In this document: piece by piece, positions 63,501 through 64,000 of the stretch
How positions within the stretch are numbered: the first letter of the stretch is position 1
Layout of the letters: each line of letters starts with the position of its first letter
Assembly (NCBI GenBank): GCA_030390025.1
Contig: CM059438.1
Coordinates: 68,078,001-68,142,000, forward strand
Source of the DNA: Squalus acanthias
Taxonomy: Eukaryota
Direction: 5' to 3'
Length of the DNA stretch: 64,000 nucleotides
The notes under the pieces: model-generated
Told to the model about the DNA's origin: nothing
What the model saw: only the letters and a program-made list of their open reading frames with translations
Databases searched by the model: none
Translations under genes and position numbers: made by a program

Positions 63501-64000
63501 AGGAATACAAGGGCTTGTAGCTTGAAGTTCTAGATCTTGAGCAAGGATGTCCATTCCTTCTGCCTTTACTGACACAATATTGAAACCAGTCTGTAGTGAT
63601 TAGAAAATGTTTTGTTCGAATATGCAGCATTAACTAAGAGCTACACAATGTGCTTTAGTCATTTCAAACTCCTTGGCGGTATGCATGACTTAGCAGTGAA
63701 GGTCAATCTCAGGAACTTCACAGTTTGTCTGCTTGTGTCACTGACCCGATCTCTTCATCTCTCTACCTTACATCCCTGCTGGCCTCTCTTCTTCCAAACA
63801 CACTGATTCCTGTTGGGTTTAGACTGCACCGGGGCAGACAGCTGCCTTAAGCCTCCATTCTTTGCAGTGGCCTTCAGGCTATTAGTCAGGCTGATCGTGG
63901 GCTTAGTTGATGTCCACACAAGCACATTTTCCAATTGGAATGGGAACTCTGGTGATTTACTTCCCTTTCCTGGCACAGGGGTACAGAGGCTGATTGTAGC

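Noticed and set aside
60628..64000. ORFs 60628-60894 and 63755-63976 as host exons
   Set aside because: No recognisable domain or convincing pair of splice sites; cannot be supported without a search.

Overview
Repeat-dense vertebrate DNA, most likely from a cartilaginous fish (inferred from HE1-like and SacSINE1-like SINEs and abundant CR1 LINEs). No host gene could be identified with confidence. The main feature is a two-LTR endogenous foamy (spuma) virus-like provirus on the minus strand (45941-55303). It has a 4-bp TSD (CCCA), a decayed tRNA-Lys PBS, an open 525-aa foamy-type gag and a broken PR-RT-RH-IN pol. Two things set it apart from textbook foamy viruses. First, pol is in the same frame as gag behind a single TGA and has no ATG of its own, which implies readthrough or a Gag-Pol fusion. 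Second, there is no room for env or tas/bel2. A related solo LTR lies about 6 kb away in the opposite orientation. The window also holds a nearly intact PIF/Harbinger transposon (transposase plus spliced Myb/SANT gene), many Harbinger-type MITEs (one inside the viral protease, one hosting the provirus), nested CR1 LINEs, SINEs and Penelope-type minimal hammerhead motifs. All homology calls are by eye from remembered motifs; no searches were run.
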